Notes under the pieces: model-generated
Seen by the model: only the letters and a program-made list of their open reading frames with translations
What the model was told of the DNA's origin: nothing
Databases searched by the model: none
Position numbers and translations under genes: made by a program
Assembly (NCBI GenBank): GCA_965197745.1
Contig: CBDANS010000007.1
Span: 544,001 to 608,000 of the forward strand
Source of the DNA: Opitutales bacterium
Lineage (GTDB): Bacteria > Verrucomicrobiota > Verrucomicrobiia > Opitutales > PNEW01
DNA length: 64,000 nucleotides
Reading direction: 5' to 3'
Shown: piece by piece, positions 30,433-39,922 of the stretch
How positions within the stretch are numbered: the stretch's first letter is position 1
How the letters are laid out: each line of letters begins with the position of its first letter

Positions 30433-30474
30433 TTTAAAAAAATGCACAGTTTTGATTAAGTTATGCGAAGCGCG
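30433..30474 (+). promoter_or_regulatory. Putative tandem AraC-type operator, copy 3 (usp promoter)
   Basis: AAAAAATGC-N12-AAGTTATGCGAAGCG, with TATAGT at 30490-30495. Confidence 0.45.
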
Positions 30475-30522
30475 AATGATTGAATTGGTTATAGTATATT
30501 AAATACCAAAATTAATAATATC

Positions 30523-30984
30523 ATGATCAATATACAAAAAATTCTCTATCCGACTGATTTTTCAGAATACGCAGACTATGCGCGGCCGTATGCGATTGAA
30601 CTGGCTAAAAAATTTAAGGCGCAGATGATCGTTCAACATGTAATTGAATTTCCTACAATTTACATGTCATATGGTTATGGCGCTGAGTTTAACACTATTG
30701 TTACACAGGTACAGGACGATGGGCAGAAGCGGATGGAAGCGTTTGAGAAAAAAATTGAAGATGAGGGCATTTCCGTTCAATCTGAAATTAGCAGGGGCAG
30801 CCCTTTTTATGAAATCGTTACTACCGCGCGCAAACTTGAGGTAGATTTAATTGTGATAGCAACTCATGGACACGGAGCGGTAAAACATATGCTGATGGGT
30901 AACACCGCAGAAAAAGTAGTGCGTAAGGCATCCTGTCCGGTTCTTACGATCCGTCATCCCGAGCACGAATTCATCCATCCATGA
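30523..30984 (+). CDS. Universal stress protein (UspA family)
   Basis: KILYPTDFS and DLIVIATHG....HMLMGNTAEKVVRKASCPVL. Confidence 0.95.
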   Translation: MINIQKILYPTDFSEYADYARPYAIELAKKFKAQMIVQHVIEFPTIYMSYGYGAEFNTIVTQVQDDGQKRMEAFEKKIEDEGISVQSEISRGSPFYEIVTTARKLEVDLIVIATHGHGAVKHMLMGNTAEKVVRKASCPVLTIRHPEHEFIHP

Positions 30985-31156
30985 TATATTAATAATTAGT
31001 CGCACAACTAAGCTTGTCTTAGCTGCTTCAATATAATATCTATTCTCTAATAGTTTCTTCGAAGAGTTTTTATGACGGATAGTTTAATTTCATAGGAATA
31101 GTTAAATGAGAGGAGCCTTTACGCAGATTGGGATTAATAAAATTTAATAAATTTTC

Positions 31157-32596
31157 ATGCTTCCCTCCGACTTTGAAGCGTTATTAGATCAAGTAAATTT
31201 CAGGAGCCCTGCTGACGTGCGCAAGCGACTGCTTGAATTGGCTGGCGATGATGGGGATACGCTTGCCCTTGTTCGCATAACTGAGGAACTGAGTGATTCA
31301 TTGAAGGGGTCCCCGGATCCTGATTCAGCACTTATTCATTTAGACCGGTTTACTCAAGCTCGGGGTTCAAAATGGGAATTATACCAATATTTCTCAGAGC
31401 ACCCGGCGGCGTTGGAATCTTTTATCGCGATAGTGTCGTCTAGCAACTATCTAGCCGACGTGCTCGTGCGAAACCCTGAATATCTTCCACTTATATACGA
31501 TACTTCTCTCTTGAGCAGGATTAAAACGAAAGAGCAATTCCATGAAGAGTTAGAGGAACTAAGTGCAGCATTCCAGACGAGCGCGGCCAGGCTTGACTCT
31601 CTTCGCAGGTATCGCCGCCAGGAAATTCTGCGAATTGGGTCAGCTGATATCCTGGGTCATTACGATTTACAAACAGTCACAGAGCAACTATCGCGTCTTG
31701 CCGATGTTGTCGTAGAAATATGTCTGTGCGAAGTAAGCAATGAATATGATGATATAGGATTCTTTGTCTTAGCATTAGGCAAATTAGGTGGGAACGAACT
31801 GAATTATAGTTCAGATATAGATTTAATATACGTCACGGAAAATTTTGACTACCTCGACAAGGCAACACTGATAGCGAGGGAATTAACCCAGGTCCTGGGA
31901 GAATTTACTTCAGAAGGTTTTCTTTACCGGGTTGACTTGAGATTGCGTCCATATGCCTCTTCGGGTGCCTTGATCGTCTCGACTGGGATGCTGGAAGAAT
32001 ACCTGGCGGTCAAAGCCGATCCCGCAGAAAGACAGGCGATGTTAAAAGCGCGACCCATTGCGGGTGAAATTGAAAGGGCAAAGCAGTTTCTGCAGCAGAT
32101 CAAACCGGTATTGTATTCCGATGCCATTCAAGCACGCAGCCAGATTCGAAAATTGAAAGAGCGAATTGAGCGACAGCTTACAAGAAAGAAAGGCATGGCG
32201 GGGAATGTAAAGTTGGCACCTGGCGGTATTCGAGATATCGAATTTATAGTTCAATCACTTCAACTTGAAGCGGGACAAGACAACCCCAAATTACATACCG
32301 GTAACACCCTTGATGCTATTTCCGTTCTCATTGAAACCGGTGCTCTTTCTCATGATGAGGCGATGGATCTACGTGAGGCCTATAAGTTCTTGAGGATAGT
32401 TGAGCATCGTATGCAGATGATGAACAACCGACAAGTGCATCAGTTACCAAAAGATGAATATGCCTGTCTTATATTAGCAAGGATAATGGGATATTGCGCG
32501 TTTGAAGAAGGAGTGCAGTTTATAAATCTGTATAATGATCAGGCAGGTAAAGTACGGACAATATTTGATCGCATTCTTCCTGCAGTAAAAGAATAG
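31157..32596 (+). CDS. glnE: Glutamine synthetase adenylyltransferase-like protein, first half
   Basis: LGKLGGNELNYSSDIDL, YRVDLRLRP and KLAPGGIRDIEF. It contains only one nucleotidyltransferase module. Confidence 0.8.
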   Translation: MLPSDFEALLDQVNFRSPADVRKRLLELAGDDGDTLALVRITEELSDSLKGSPDPDSALIHLDRFTQARGSKWELYQYFSEHPAALESFIAIVSSSNYLADVLVRNPEYLPLIYDTSLLSRIKTKEQFHEELEELSAAFQTSAARLDSLRRYRRQEILRIGSADILGHYDLQTVTEQLSRLADVVVEICLCEVSNEYDDIGFFVLALGKLGGNELNYSSDIDLIYVTENFDYLDKATLIARELTQVLGEFTSEGFLYRVDLRLRPYASSGALIVSTGMLEEYLAVKADPAERQAMLKARPIAGEIERAKQFLQQIKPVLYSDAIQARSQIRKLKERIERQLTRKKGMAGNVKLAPGGIRDIEFIVQSLQLEAGQDNPKLHTGNTLDAISVLIETGALSHDEAMDLREAYKFLRIVEHRMQMMNNRQVHQLPKDEYACLILARIMGYCAFEEGVQFINLYNDQAGKVRTIFDRILPAVKE

Positions 32597-32600
32597 CACT

Positions 32601-34778
32601 ATGTCGATTGAGTCTGAAAGCAACGTTATCGACATGATCCTTGCCCAACATGGGGCTGCTTATAATTGTTTCAGCGAAATTCAGCAATCTGAGCACGCTC
32701 AGTTACTCGGGGAAATAAATAAGCCGGGTGATTTACAGTTACACGCGCAACGCCGAGATTCCCAACTCTGGACGATAACGGTATCAGCTGAGGATTCCCT
32801 GGGTATTCTATCGATTATTACCGGCTTATTTGCAGCACAACGAATCGATGTCATAAGCGGGGATTTTTTCACGGTTCACATTAAGAAACGATTGGAATCC
32901 GTGAAGTCCGATCGTTTTAAGCGGCGGCGTGGTCCACGTCATCATAGGTCTCGAACGGTTTATCGTAAGATCCTTGACCTATTCGAAGTTCGCACGGAGG
33001 TGGAAGTGAATGATGACTATTGGAAAGCATTAGGGAATGAGCTGGTTGCATTGGTGGCTATGGTTGCCAAGGGGAATTTGGAGCAGGTGCGTGAAGATAT
33101 AATTTATCGAGTTTGTTCTATAACACGGGAGAGAGATAATTTTGACGAGCGACTTCTACCCATTACCATTTCCATGGACAATGAGTCCTCACCTAATTTT
33201 ACCGGACTACGTATTCAGACCATTGATACCCCGGGGTTTATATTTGAATTTTCTAATGCTCTGGCCCTGCTTAATGTTAATATTGAGCGCGTTGAGGTAC
33301 GTACTGATGACGATGGTGTCCATGACACTTTTTGGGTGAGTGATTCGCAGAGGCGAAAAATAGACGATAAAAATCGATTAAATGAGCTCCGGTTAGCGGC
33401 CACTTTGATAAAACAGTTTACCCATTTGCTTCCTCGTGCGCCCAATCCCGCACAGGCACTTAGTCAATTTAGCGCCTTAACAATCCAGATGCTATCCAAT
33501 CCGGATTGGATTCGTGAGGCCCAGGCGCTCCAATCCAGCCTTGTCTTGCGCACCATAGCTGACCTGATGGGGACAAGTCAGTTTCTGTGGGAAGACTTTC
33601 TGCGAATGCAGCATGAAAATTTATTTCCGGTCCTCAGCGATGTGTCAGGACTGGATGAGAAAAAGTTAAAGGTAAATTTATTAAAGGAGTTGGAAGATAA
33701 TTTGCGTGGAACAGGTGATGAAGCAGAACGGATTTCCCAATTAAATAAAATCAAGGACCGCGAGATGTTTCACATCGATCTTCGACATATTACTCAACGG
33801 ATAAACTTTGTGGAATTCTCGATTGAATTGAGTGACCTTGCCGAAGTGATTGTTCAACACGCGGTTGAACTTTGTCAATCGATGCTCCAAAAGAAATATG
33901 GTTACCCAGTTGATGCCAATGGCAAAGTGTGTCCCTGGTGTGTTTGCGCTCTGGGAAAATTCGGCGGGCGTGAATTGGGCTTCGCTTCGGACATCGAATT
34001 GATCTTTGTCTACGAAGGAAATGGGTTTACAGATGGTGAGCATAGCGTTGACAACACCCACTTTTTTGAAGAATCGGTGAGCACATTTCTGCAGATTATA
34101 ACCGCCCGGCAGGAAGGAATATTTCATATCGATTTGCGCCTGAGGCCCTATGGCAAGAGCGGAAAGTTGGCTACTACCCTGGCTGGTTTCCAGAAATATT
34201 TTTCGACAAGCGGCGATGCCGCTCAATTTGAACGCATGGCCCTGGTTAAATTGCGCCCCGTGGCGGGTGATCCTGAATTAGGGGAGCACATCCTGATTGC
34301 GCGCGATCAATTTGTTTACTCAGGCAAACCTGTTGATTACGATGACATTTTGCATTTCCGCCACCGCCAGGCAACCGAGTTGGTTCCCACTAAAGCGGTT
34401 AGCGCGAAACTTAGTCATGGGGGCTTAGTCGATGTGGAATATTTTATCCAGGCGCGACAGATAGAGGTGGGAGTAACTGCTCCCCCTGTCCGTGTGGCTA
34501 ACATGCAGGAAGCTATAACTCAGCTTGAAAAGACCGGCGACATTAACGCGTTTCAAGCGGCAGAGTTGCGTACCACCTACGCGTTTCTCCGTCAATTAAT
34601 TGACGCATTACGCTCGGTGCGAGGTAATGCCAAGGATTTAACTCTCCCCTCAACGGAATCCCTTGAGTATGAATATTTAGCCCGCCGCCTCGGATATGAA
34701 TCCGGTTATTCATTGCAGAAAGATGTTACCCTCCGCATGGACTTCGCACGTCATTTGTGGAGCGAAGACCGAAGCTGA
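32601..34778 (+). CDS. glnE: GlnE-like protein, second half, with N-terminal ACT-like domains
   Basis: ACT-like EDSLGILS and DTPGFIFEFSNAL...VHDTFWV, then LGKFGGRELGFASDIEL, IDLRLRPYG and GGLVDVEY. Confidence 0.8.
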   Translation: MSIESESNVIDMILAQHGAAYNCFSEIQQSEHAQLLGEINKPGDLQLHAQRRDSQLWTITVSAEDSLGILSIITGLFAAQRIDVISGDFFTVHIKKRLESVKSDRFKRRRGPRHHRSRTVYRKILDLFEVRTEVEVNDDYWKALGNELVALVAMVAKGNLEQVREDIIYRVCSITRERDNFDERLLPITISMDNESSPNFTGLRIQTIDTPGFIFEFSNALALLNVNIERVEVRTDDDGVHDTFWVSDSQRRKIDDKNRLNELRLAATLIKQFTHLLPRAPNPAQALSQFSALTIQMLSNPDWIREAQALQSSLVLRTIADLMGTSQFLWEDFLRMQHENLFPVLSDVSGLDEKKLKVNLLKELEDNLRGTGDEAERISQLNKIKDREMFHIDLRHITQRINFVEFSIELSDLAEVIVQHAVELCQSMLQKKYGYPVDANGKVCPWCVCALGKFGGRELGFASDIELIFVYEGNGFTDGEHSVDNTHFFEESVSTFLQIITARQEGIFHIDLRLRPYGKSGKLATTLAGFQKYFSTSGDAAQFERMALVKLRPVAGDPELGEHILIARDQFVYSGKPVDYDDILHFRHRQATELVPTKAVSAKLSHGGLVDVEYFIQARQIEVGVTAPPVRVANMQEAITQLEKTGDINAFQAAELRTTYAFLRQLIDALRSVRGNAKDLTLPSTESLEYEYLARRLGYESGYSLQKDVTLRMDFARHLWSEDRS

Positions 34779-34789
34779 GGAATTATAAT

Positions 34790-34813
34790 AATCTTCGTCT
34801 ACGTCTGCCTCTC
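34790..34813 (+). repeat. Copy of the dispersed AATCTTCGTC repeat
   Basis: AATCTTCGTCTACGTCTGCCTCTC, just after the glnE stop. Confidence 0.7.
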
Positions 34814-35023
34814 ATGCCAAGCCTTAGCTCGATAGTGCGACGGCTGGTTGTCCTCGTCCCTCTTTTGTCCCATTTTATCTCCTCACAGAAGATCTTGCGC
34901 ATTTATTGGGTCCGCTAATGTAAAATCTTTACTCGATGGAGTTACTTGTCGAAAATGAAAGATCAAATCGAGGATACAATCCCTTACATTTTTCGTTCAT
35001 AATCAAACCTGGGTTTTATTATT

Positions 35024-35878
35024 ATGAGTCCAATATCGGCTGATCCGATGGAAGAATACCTGTTCGATCTTCGTGGGTATACGATGATCGAAGAGGCTAT
35101 CGATAGCGACCATCTTCACGCCATTAACGAATGGCTCGATGAACTGCCACCCCTTGAGCCCAACCAGTGGCATGGTAATATCGATGTTCATACATACGGC
35201 GCGGTCGACGGGTTTAATCTTCAGAATATTATTGAAGGAGGAGAAATTTTTGAGCGGTTAATTGATCATCCCTCCTGGATAAGTCGTGTGCGCCATTACC
35301 TGGGGGAAATCCATAGACCCTTTATAAATGAATCGTTCATCAATCTGCGTGGCCCTGGTGGTTATATTGGAGTTCACTCCGGTGGCGAATCGGTTAATTT
35401 TTATCGGGGAAGTGGCCGGAAACGTGGGGAGTGGTGCTGTGGGTATCTCACTTTGATGGTAGCTTTGAATGATGTGGGGGGAGGTGACGGTGCGACGATT
35501 ATCGTTCCGGGCAGTCATAAGTCAGATATTCAGCATCCCGCCCAGGCGGAACACGGGACTAAATGGCTTAAGGATGCAATCCCGATGAAAGTAGACGAAG
35601 GAACCCAGGCGAAAGGGTACCCTGTTGAAGCGGGTATTGAGATACACTTACAGGCCGGAGACGGTATTTTATTTAACGATTCTCTTTGTCATGGATCTGG
35701 GGAAAGAACGAATCCTGGTCAAAGACGGATGATAGTCTTCCGTTATTTACCTTCGCCACTGGCTCACCGGTTTCGCTATGAGCCTTCTCAAGAATTGCTC
35801 GCGCGCTTAACCCCGGAACGCAGGGAGATAATTCAACCCGTAACCCCACGCCGTCGACCGTTAGAAGTTGAAAGCTGA
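35024..35878 (+). CDS. Phytanoyl-CoA dioxygenase (PhyH)-family protein
   Basis: YLFDLRGY, VPGSHK, GDGILF...CHG and RR. The first metal motif reads HSG instead of HxD. Confidence 0.85.
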   Translation: MSPISADPMEEYLFDLRGYTMIEEAIDSDHLHAINEWLDELPPLEPNQWHGNIDVHTYGAVDGFNLQNIIEGGEIFERLIDHPSWISRVRHYLGEIHRPFINESFINLRGPGGYIGVHSGGESVNFYRGSGRKRGEWCCGYLTLMVALNDVGGGDGATIIVPGSHKSDIQHPAQAEHGTKWLKDAIPMKVDEGTQAKGYPVEAGIEIHLQAGDGILFNDSLCHGSGERTNPGQRRMIVFRYLPSPLAHRFRYEPSQELLARLTPERREIIQPVTPRRRPLEVES

Positions 35879-35893
35879 ATTAATAGCAGAATT

Positions 35894-37048
35894 GTGAAAA
35901 TTACCAAGGTTGAAACTTTTCCTGTTAATATTCCTTATAAACATCCTGAGGTCAGTTACCTTATCTCGCGCCCTGGCATCACCGATATCATCGTAAAAAT
36001 TACTACTGACAATGGACTTGTCGGTTGGGGGGAATGCACACGAGCCGGTGATGCGGCGGGAATCGAGAGCGCGGTTAAGTCGATGGCGCCAATAATAACA
36101 GGGCGCGACCCCTGGGACAAAGAGGCCATTGCTCGCGATATCCAGATTGCCGGTCTATGGATGATCCAGCCGATGACCGGAAACTTTGCCTATGCCGGAA
36201 TCGATATCGCCCTTTGGGATATCTGCGGTAAAGAATGCGGCCAGCCGCTTTACCGTCTGTTTGGCGGTGCGGTGCGTGAAGAGGTTGATTACTTTTATTA
36301 TATGCGCTGGGGAACTGTGGATGAGATCGTGATACAGGCGCAGGACGGGGTTGATCGCGGGTATACCGTTTATTATATTAAAGCCGGGGTTGATCAAAAA
36401 AAGGAAGAGGCGATGCTCGAGGCCCTGCGCGCCACCATTGGTCCGGAAGGAAAAATTCGTATCGATGCGAATATGGCCTGGTCGGTGCCTGATGCCATTC
36501 GCATTATCAATGACTGGCACCAGCGATATACTATCGATTTCGCTGAAGCGCCGGTAGATTTCGATCCCATTGAGAATATGCTCGACGTGAAGTCTAAAGT
36601 GGAAACGGCACTTTGCGTGAACGAAGGGTTATGGAAAGAGCAGGACGTAGCGAGAATCATCAAGAGCCGTGCGGGTGAATATCTGTGCTATAGTGTCTAT
36701 TCCGTAGGTTCAATGCGGCGGTTCCATACTACCATACATGCCGCTAATGTCGAGGGGATGCTGGTCTGCAAGCACACACACGGTGAATTCGGCATAACCG
36801 CCGTCGCCGGTCAGCACATGATGCTCACCGCCCCAAACGCCTGCGATGGACATCAGCAAACCGCTCAATTTATGAAAGATGATATTCTCAAAGAGCCGAT
36901 ACCGATTGCCGAGGGGCCTAAGTGGGGACGTATCGAAGGTCCCGGGCTAGGTGTTGAAGTCGATGAAGACAAAATGATGACCTACCACGAAGATTATTTG
37001 CGTAACGGGATGTTTCCCCCTTACGGTGATTTATATGACCCAGTATAG
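35894..37048 (+). CDS. Mandelate racemase/muconate lactonizing enzyme family protein
   Basis: TDNGLVGWGE, IDIALWDICGK...PLYRLFGG, RIDAN and GPGLGVEVD. Confidence 0.9.
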   Translation: MKITKVETFPVNIPYKHPEVSYLISRPGITDIIVKITTDNGLVGWGECTRAGDAAGIESAVKSMAPIITGRDPWDKEAIARDIQIAGLWMIQPMTGNFAYAGIDIALWDICGKECGQPLYRLFGGAVREEVDYFYYMRWGTVDEIVIQAQDGVDRGYTVYYIKAGVDQKKEEAMLEALRATIGPEGKIRIDANMAWSVPDAIRIINDWHQRYTIDFAEAPVDFDPIENMLDVKSKVETALCVNEGLWKEQDVARIIKSRAGEYLCYSVYSVGSMRRFHTTIHAANVEGMLVCKHTHGEFGITAVAGQHMMLTAPNACDGHQQTAQFMKDDILKEPIPIAEGPKWGRIEGPGLGVEVDEDKMMTYHEDYLRNGMFPPYGDLYDPV

Positions 37049-37072
37049 GATTAAGAAAAGGTTGGCATTGAC

Positions 37073-37268
37073 AATCTTCGTCTTCGTCATCCTCTTGGTC
37101 TGCGTCCCCCCCAATATTTACATCAATATCAGGGTAGAACGCGCTGTCCCTGGCGCGTTTGAAAAAGTCGTAATGGAAGAAGCGTGCTAGGGACAGCCCG
37201 CTCCACCTTATTTTCAAGAGATATAACACAAAAATTACCTGAGATTATCTGAGACGAAGACAAAGATT
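37073..37268. repeat. Nested repeats: inverted AATCTTCGTC arms enclosing a REP-like doublet
   Basis: Outer arms at 37073-37106 and 37253-37268. Inner 28-bp inverted arms GGTAGAACGCGCTGTCCCTGGCGCGTTT (37133-37160) and AAGCGTGCTAGGGACAGCCCGCTCCACC (37180-37207). Confidence 0.75.
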
Positions 37269-37345
37269 TGTTGCTTATCTCGACACCATTTATATATGAC
37301 CCATTAGAAACACATAACTCAACTAAGACTGAAAGGATAGATTGT

Positions 37346-38062
37346 ATGACTGAACTTGAAATGCTGGAAGAACTGAAGAATTTTGACACACCCTCAATTA
37401 CCAATGTCGTCGCGACCTACCCGGACTCCCCGCTCTGTCTCGGACTTTATGATCCCTGGTACGATAACTGGTACACCGATCAGAGTATTCGCTGCATGTA
37501 CCCGGAACTCGGAAGGACCGTGGGTTATGCCGTAACCAGTGTTCATGGGTTACCTGATCCGGATAACAGTACGACCATGGCTGATTTGTTCGATGCTGTG
37601 GATGCCTCCAAAAAACCATCGATTCTCGTCTTCGAGCAACGATTTCCGCCAGAAATTGCGGGAAAGGTAGGTCTTGCCGGAGGTATGTTTTCGACCTCAT
37701 TGAAGGCTTTGGGTTGTGTTGGCGCAGTGTCTAACGGTCCGTCGCGAGACCTCGATGAGATCCGACCGATGAAATTTCAGTATATGCTGAGTGGGGTGAC
37801 CGCCGGTCATGGGAACATGGCAGTACACGAAGTTAATGTCCCGGTAAAAGTGGGGGGGATGGAAGTCAATCCCGGTGAGATCATTCACATGGATGAATCC
37901 GGTGCCTGTAAATTTCCAGCCGATAAACTGGAAGAAGTTCTGGATCTGGTAACTAAACTCCAAAAGGAAGAAGCGGTAAGAATGGAAGCGCTGCAAAAGG
38001 CTGATTCCGCTGCCAAACTTCGGGATTTAATGGGATTGAGCTATTCATCAAAGAGAAAATAG
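37346..38062 (+). CDS. RraA/HMG-aldolase family protein
   Basis: DTPSITN, VGYAVT, GAVSNGPSRDLDE and PGEIIHMDESG. ATG 37346 follows GAAAGGA. Confidence 0.85.
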   Translation: MTELEMLEELKNFDTPSITNVVATYPDSPLCLGLYDPWYDNWYTDQSIRCMYPELGRTVGYAVTSVHGLPDPDNSTTMADLFDAVDASKKPSILVFEQRFPPEIAGKVGLAGGMFSTSLKALGCVGAVSNGPSRDLDEIRPMKFQYMLSGVTAGHGNMAVHEVNVPVKVGGMEVNPGEIIHMDESGACKFPADKLEEVLDLVTKLQKEEAVRMEALQKADSAAKLRDLMGLSYSSKRK

Positions 38063-38083
38063 GAAATAAATGGAGACAGTCGG

Positions 38084-38455
38084 GTGAAATTCATTAAGAC
38101 GAAACAAGATTTTCCGATGAGCGCTGCTGTCGTGCATGAAGGTAAAGTTCTTGAAACGGTGTTAACAGGTATACCAGACGGAGAAGCTAATCCAATAGAA
38201 GGGGGAGTGGGCGCGGAGATGCGAGAGATCTTTCGACAGCTTGATGCCATACTCACCAAGGTCGGTTTAGAAAAAACCGCGATCTGTTCAGCGCGGCTTT
38301 ATTTGCAGGATGTCAACCGCGATATTGCTGAAGTGAATGAAGAGTATAAATCTTACTTTGGTTCTCACCCTCCCAACCGGCGCGCTTATGGAGTGGATTT
38401 ACAGGTTGGCATGGTGATTGAAGCTGCCTTTATCGCCGAATTTCCCAACGACTGA
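38084..38455 (+). CDS. RidA/YjgF family protein
   Basis: S.AVVH, LDAIL...G, YLQD, NEEY..YF..HPPNR and IE. Confidence 0.85.
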   Translation: MKFIKTKQDFPMSAAVVHEGKVLETVLTGIPDGEANPIEGGVGAEMREIFRQLDAILTKVGLEKTAICSARLYLQDVNRDIAEVNEEYKSYFGSHPPNRRAYGVDLQVGMVIEAAFIAEFPND

Positions 38456-38507
38456 TTTCTGTTATAAAGTAATACTATAAATATCAAACATCACGGAGGA
38501 ATGGATC

Positions 38508-39533
38508 ATGGGATTCAATAAACAACAACTCTTATTAATTATACTCACGGGGCTACTGGTTACAACCGTATCGGCAACTCCCAAGCAATGGGAGGAGGGA
38601 AAAGGCTGGGGATGGGTCTGGGGTGATGACGATGAAGTGGGGTCACTTAACGAAATGACAACAAAAAGCATTCTTAAAGCTATCAATCTGGTGAAAAAAG
38701 GCGAGGTCCGGGACATGGGAATTCTTTATGATCGAACTTCTTACAAGTGGCCGGGACACTCACCGGCTGAAATTATAACTTTTCGCAGTCCCGAGGGAGT
38801 TAAACGTCAAAAAGATCTCGATTTTACTTTGCCCGAAAATGGCAACACTTCTCAAACGACATGGCACAGTTGCGCGCTCTTTATGAATGATAATGTGGCA
38901 ACCCAGATCGACAGTCTTGGCCATATCGCTGTGGGCGAAGACAATCATTGGTACAATGGTTTCCGCGAAGATGATTGGGGCGGTAACTGGGGTATTCGCA
39001 AGTGCGGCGCAGAAACCATACCTCCGGTGATCGCACGCGGCGTGCTCATTGACGTTGCCGGGGACAAAGGGGTTCAAGCATTAGCGAGTAAATATGTAAT
39101 CACTGTGGAGGACTTAAAAAGTGCGCTTAAGCGTCAAGGCACAAAGCTGAAATTTGGTGATGTCGTTCTTATCCGTACAGGGACGTTGAGCTACTGGGGT
39201 GAGACCGGAGCCGATCTTGAAAAGGTTGGAGAGCACGATTCCGCAGGAATTCAATTACCCGCGGCGAAGTGGCTCGTTGAGGAGAAGGGTTCTCTAATGA
39301 TCGGTTCAGATACTTCAGGTTTGGAGATGGTGCAGCCTCCCCATGATGGCAGTACCAGCTTTGTTCCCGTGCATAAGTACCTGTTAGTTGAGCAGGGCGT
39401 GCATATCGCTGAGTTTCATTACCTCGAGGACCTGGCCGAAGAAGCGGTTTATGAATTTCTATATGTCGGGGTAACGAATAAAATCAAAGGGTCTACTGCA
39501 GGGTTTACAATGCGCCCCCTGGCCATCTTTTGA
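38508..39533 (+). CDS. Exported cyclase family (kynurenine formamidase-like) metallohydrolase
   Basis: Signal peptide, WG.DDEVGSLN, TQIDSLGH, RGVLID, GDVVLIRTG and PVHKYLL. Confidence 0.85.
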   Translation: MGFNKQQLLLIILTGLLVTTVSATPKQWEEGKGWGWVWGDDDEVGSLNEMTTKSILKAINLVKKGEVRDMGILYDRTSYKWPGHSPAEIITFRSPEGVKRQKDLDFTLPENGNTSQTTWHSCALFMNDNVATQIDSLGHIAVGEDNHWYNGFREDDWGGNWGIRKCGAETIPPVIARGVLIDVAGDKGVQALASKYVITVEDLKSALKRQGTKLKFGDVVLIRTGTLSYWGETGADLEKVGEHDSAGIQLPAAKWLVEEKGSLMIGSDTSGLEMVQPPHDGSTSFVPVHKYLLVEQGVHIAEFHYLEDLAEEAVYEFLYVGVTNKIKGSTAGFTMRPLAIF

Positions 39534-39587
39534 GTGTGAAGGGGGGAGTTAAAATGTCAAAACGTTGGATGATGCTGGTTGGCTAGA

Positions 39588-39615
39588 CAGTAATCAGTGT
39601 CCAGTGATCAGTCAC
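39588..39615. repeat. Heptamer tandem array (CAGTnnn) x4
   Basis: CAGTAAT-CAGTGTC-CAGTGAT-CAGTCAC. Confidence 0.6.
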
Positions 39616-39664
39616 CATCGTTCTTCCGTGGTGAAATTAAAGCTGAAGTGTTCGCACCCTTTCT

Positions 39665-39698
39665 TGTCATTGCGAGAAGCAACGCGACGAAGCAATCC
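39665..39698 (+). repeat. GTCATTGCGAG...GCAATC-type palindromic element
   Basis: TGTCATTGCGAGAAGCAACGCGACGAAGCAATCC, with ATTGC/GCAAT arms. It resembles a widespread intergenic palindromic repeat class. Confidence 0.6.
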
Positions 39699-39802
39699 AG
39701 GGGGGATGTCTGATGTGTAACTACAGCCCCTGGGTGCAAGGCTTCACTCAATAGGACGATTGCTGATCTATATTATTCAAAAAAGTTACTCATGTTTTTA
39801 GG

Positions 39803-39860
39803 GGCCACGACGGAGCGTGGCCCTCCAGTAAAAAAGGGAGGGCCACGCTCCGTCGTGGCC
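39803..39860. repeat. Perfect 24-bp inverted REP-like doublet
   Basis: GGCCACGACGGAGCGTGGCCCTCC, a 10-nt spacer, then GGAGGGCCACGCTCCGTCGTGGCC. Each arm has its own GGCCACG/CGTGGCC hairpin and a GGAG tail. Confidence 0.85.
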
Positions 39861-39922
39861 GTTTCTTAGAAGATTGATCGATTTTTGGTAAATTCTTAAG
39901 GGATAAAGATGATGACTAAGAT

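Noticed and set aside
36918..37404. Minus-strand ORFs with an acidic DEDEDE-like run
   Set aside because: The run is a translation of the TCTTCG repeat arm, and the ORFs overlap real genes on the other strand.
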